Shown here piece by piece: positions 60,723 through 62,873 of a DNA stretch of 62,873 nucleotides. Position numbers and translations under genes: made by a program. This DNA is from Aestuariivirga sp. (GTDB lineage Bacteria > Pseudomonadota > Alphaproteobacteria > Rhizobiales > Aestuariivirgaceae). Position 1 is the stretch's first letter, and the number at the start of each line of letters is the position of its first letter. Below the pieces are notes generated by a model. The model saw only the letters and a program-made list of their open reading frames with translations, was not told where the DNA came from and made no database searches. Where the stretch lies: contig JADCDC010000149.1 of assembly GCA_020252385.1 (NCBI GenBank), forward strand, positions 1-62,873, read 5' to 3'.

Positions 60723-61032
60723 GCCCGACTGTATCCCCGCTTGTTAGCTGTCCGTCAAGCGCCAATTCTATGAAGGCGTCCACCTCCTCGCGGGAGGCGA
60801 CCACCCACACGCGGAAGCCGTCGGCGCGCAGCCGGTCGCCCTCGACGACCTGGAGCGGGTGCAGTCGGCCACCCGCCCGCTTGACCTCCACGAAGTGCAG
60901 GTTCGGCCCCGGCCACCAGACCATGCGGTCAGGGGCGCCGCGCCTGCCGATCCATTGCAGCTTGCGCTGTCGCCCACCCGTCTCCTTGATGCGGGCGATC
61001 AGGTAGGCTTCCACCTTGCCCTCGGGGGTCAT
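60706..61032 (-). CDS. VRR-NUC domain nuclease
   Basis: E..VE..L, GAPDR, FVEVKR.GG.L.PLQ. Confidence 0.9.
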   Translation of the reverse strand: MTPEGKVEAYLIARIKETGGRQRKLQWIGRRGAPDRMVWWPGPNLHFVEVKRAGGRLHPLQVVEGDRLRADGFRVWVVASREEVDAFIELALDGQLTSGDTVGHDLDA

Positions 61033-62873
61033 TTAGTCCCCCTTCTGATAGCGATACGTCTCGAACCCCGCTGCGGCGAGGGGCAGGCCGACCGACCACT
61101 GGGTGCCCTGCGACATGAGTGCGGCCAGGCCCTCCGCGCTGAACGACGGATCGTCGGGCGTCTCGCAGATGATCTCGTCGTGGACGTGCAGGACAGGGTT
61201 GTAGCCCGCCGCCTCCGCCGCGAGCAGGCCAGCGGCGAGGACGTCGCGGGCGGTGGCCTGTGTCAGGTTCTCGACCATCTTGCCGCCGTATGTGTCCAGC
61301 CGCTCCCAGCGTCGGGTGTATTGGTTGGTGCCCATGTAGGACAGGCGCCCGTCCTCGTCGACTTCGGGCGAGGGGTAGCAGAGGTAGCGGCCTGACGGCA
61401 GGCGGGCGCGCAGCCAGCCCCCGGAGCGCCGGAAGGCGATGGCGCTGGCCCGGTAGACCTCGCCCGGGTTGCTGATGGCGTTGCGGGCGGCGCGCTCGCA
61501 GTCATACCAGAACTTGACCGTCGCCTTGTGCTTCGCGCGCCAAGCCTTGACGATCTCAAGCACCTTGGGCTCGGGCAGGTTGACGCCGTAGATAGCGCCC
61601 ATGGCGGCGAATGCACCGACGCTCCCCTGATAGCCGCAGGCCAACTCGGGCACCTTGCCGCTGACCTGCCGCTCGTCCTTCGTCACGTCGCCGGGATCCT
61701 TGCCGAGGATGCCGCCCGCCGTGATCTTGTAGATGTCGTGCCCGACGCCGGCGTCAAACTCGCGGAAGGCGTCCAGTTTCCACTGCTCGCCCGCCAGCCA
61801 CGCCAGCACCCGCCCCTCGATGTTGGACAGGTCGGCCACGACCAGTTTGCAGCCCGGCGCCGCGACGATGGATCCGCGCACCGCGCTGGCGCACAACTCC
61901 ATGACGTCGTCGAAGAACACCGCCTCAATGCCCGCCTTCATGGCCTCAATGCCAAGTTCGATCTGCGGCTGCTTGAGGGTCGGACGCGGGAGGTTTTGCA
62001 ACTGCACGACGCGGGACGAGAACCGCGCTGTGCGAGACGCCCCGGCATATTGCATGGTGCCTCGCATCCGCCTGTCGGACGAGGTGCCGTTCACCAGCAC
62101 CCGATACTTGGCCGGGCTGGTCGCCGCTGCTTGCAGGCGCACCTCCAGCAACTCGCGCACGTCGTCCGGCACGTCGGTCTTGAGCAGGGCGGCCAGCGTG
62201 CCCTTGCGCAGGTCGTCAATCTCCAAGCCCATCGTGTCGCGCAGGTAGCCGATCATGGCGTCCCGCTGCGTGGCGCTGGGCACGGCGCCGTTCGTCATCA
62301 GCGCCGACTCCGTGGCCAGTCGCTGCCCCGCCTCCTTGGCGGCGCGCAGGGCGGCGTGGGCCAGGTCCATGTCGATCTGGATGCCGCGGTCGTTGATGGC
62401 CTGATCCAGCCGCCACACGGCCTTCTCGGCGTCGGTCCAGTTGACCTTGGGCTGGCGCTTGTAGACCTCGCGCATGGCGACGATGTCCATGCGGGCGTAT
62501 TCCTTGAACGCCTCCCATTCCGCCGGGTGCGTCTCCTTCGTGGCCCGGCGCAGCTTGCGCGTCTTGGCCTGCGGCTTGCAGAACAGTTGGATCAGCTTCT
62601 TGCCCGCCTTGTCCTTGGCCTTGTCCAGCGGGACGCCGAGGACCTCGCACTGCTTGTCAAGGGCGCCGGGCAGGCTGTGCAGCAGGCCCACGGCGAGGGT
62701 GTCGTAGATGCGGTCAACGGGCACGCGCACCTGACTGAACGACAGGACCGTGCGGTCGAAATGGCTGTTGTGAATGACGATCTGATCGGCGGCGTCGATG
62801 AGCGACTGCATCATGCCGGGGGTCGGGAACTCGACGACCTGGACCTCGTCGTCGTCCCATGCGTAGGCCAGCA
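61033..62873 (-). CDS. polA: DNA polymerase family A, main part
   Basis: HNSHFD, QLQNLPR, motif A ADLSNIEGR, motif B KVPELACGY, motif C HVHDEI. Confidence 0.95.
   Translation of the reverse strand, partial: LAYAWDDDEVQVVEFPTPGMMQSLIDAADQIVIHNSHFDRTVLSFSQVRVPVDRIYDTLAVGLLHSLPGALDKQCEVLGVPLDKAKDKAGKKLIQLFCKPQAKTRKLRRATKETHPAEWEAFKEYARMDIVAMREVYKRQPKVNWTDAEKAVWRLDQAINDRGIQIDMDLAHAALRAAKEAGQRLATESALMTNGAVPSATQRDAMIGYLRDTMGLEIDDLRKGTLAALLKTDVPDDVRELLEVRLQAAATSPAKYRVLVNGTSSDRRMRGTMQYAGASRTARFSSRVVQLQNLPRPTLKQPQIELGIEAMKAGIEAVFFDDVMELCASAVRGSIVAAPGCKLVVADLSNIEGRVLAWLAGEQWKLDAFREFDAGVGHDIYKITAGGILGKDPGDVTKDERQVSGKVPELACGYQGSVGAFAAMGAIYGVNLPEPKVLEIVKAWRAKHKATVKFWYDCERAARNAISNPGEVYRASAIAFRRSGGWLRARLPSGRYLCYPSPEVDEDGRLSYMGTNQYTRRWERLDTYGGKMVENLTQATARDVLAAGLLAAEAAGYNPVLHVHDEIICETPDDPSFSAEGLAALMSQGTQWSVGLPLAAAGFETYRYQKGD
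62733..62873. repeat. Terminal overlap, identical to 1-141
   Basis: Direct comparison of the two ends. Confidence 0.97.

Noticed and set aside
1-62873. Stop-codon reassignment
   Set aside because: Core genes are intact under the standard code, and TAA, TAG and TGA all serve as stops.

Overview
The window is a complete, circularly assembled ~62.7 kb high-GC dsDNA phage genome. Bases 62733-62873 repeat bases 1-141 and the DNA polymerase gene runs across the join. Gene content indicates a short-tailed (podovirus-like) phage of an alphaproteobacterial, probably Caulobacterales-like, host: it carries GapR, GcrA, a DnaA C-terminal domain and a receiver-less OmpR/CtrA-type winged helix. The minus strand (58.6 kb through the origin to 16.6 kb) holds an APSE-like replication module (PolA, VRR-NUC, SNF2 helicase, DUF2815 SSB, DUF2800 nuclease, primase-helicase), two amino-methyltransferases and about 30 small early genes. 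The plus strand (17-58.6 kb) holds TerS, accessory genes, a C5 methyltransferase, TerL, portal, GroES, capsid, tail, lysis and ejection genes. I saw no integrase, tRNA or CRISPR array. The most notable observations: (1) a methylase intein whose HNH endonuclease is encoded in the +1 frame inside the open intein frame; (2) a tandem array of three candidate structured ncRNAs, each ending in a near-identical terminator; (3) accessory genes bracketed by short direct repeats made of SD plus stop/start junctions; (4) a set of cell-cycle regulator mimics; (5) a second overprinted ORF inside the C5 methylase; (6) a Gln-start class 3 intein in TerL. All family assignments come from motif recognition by eye, not from database searches.
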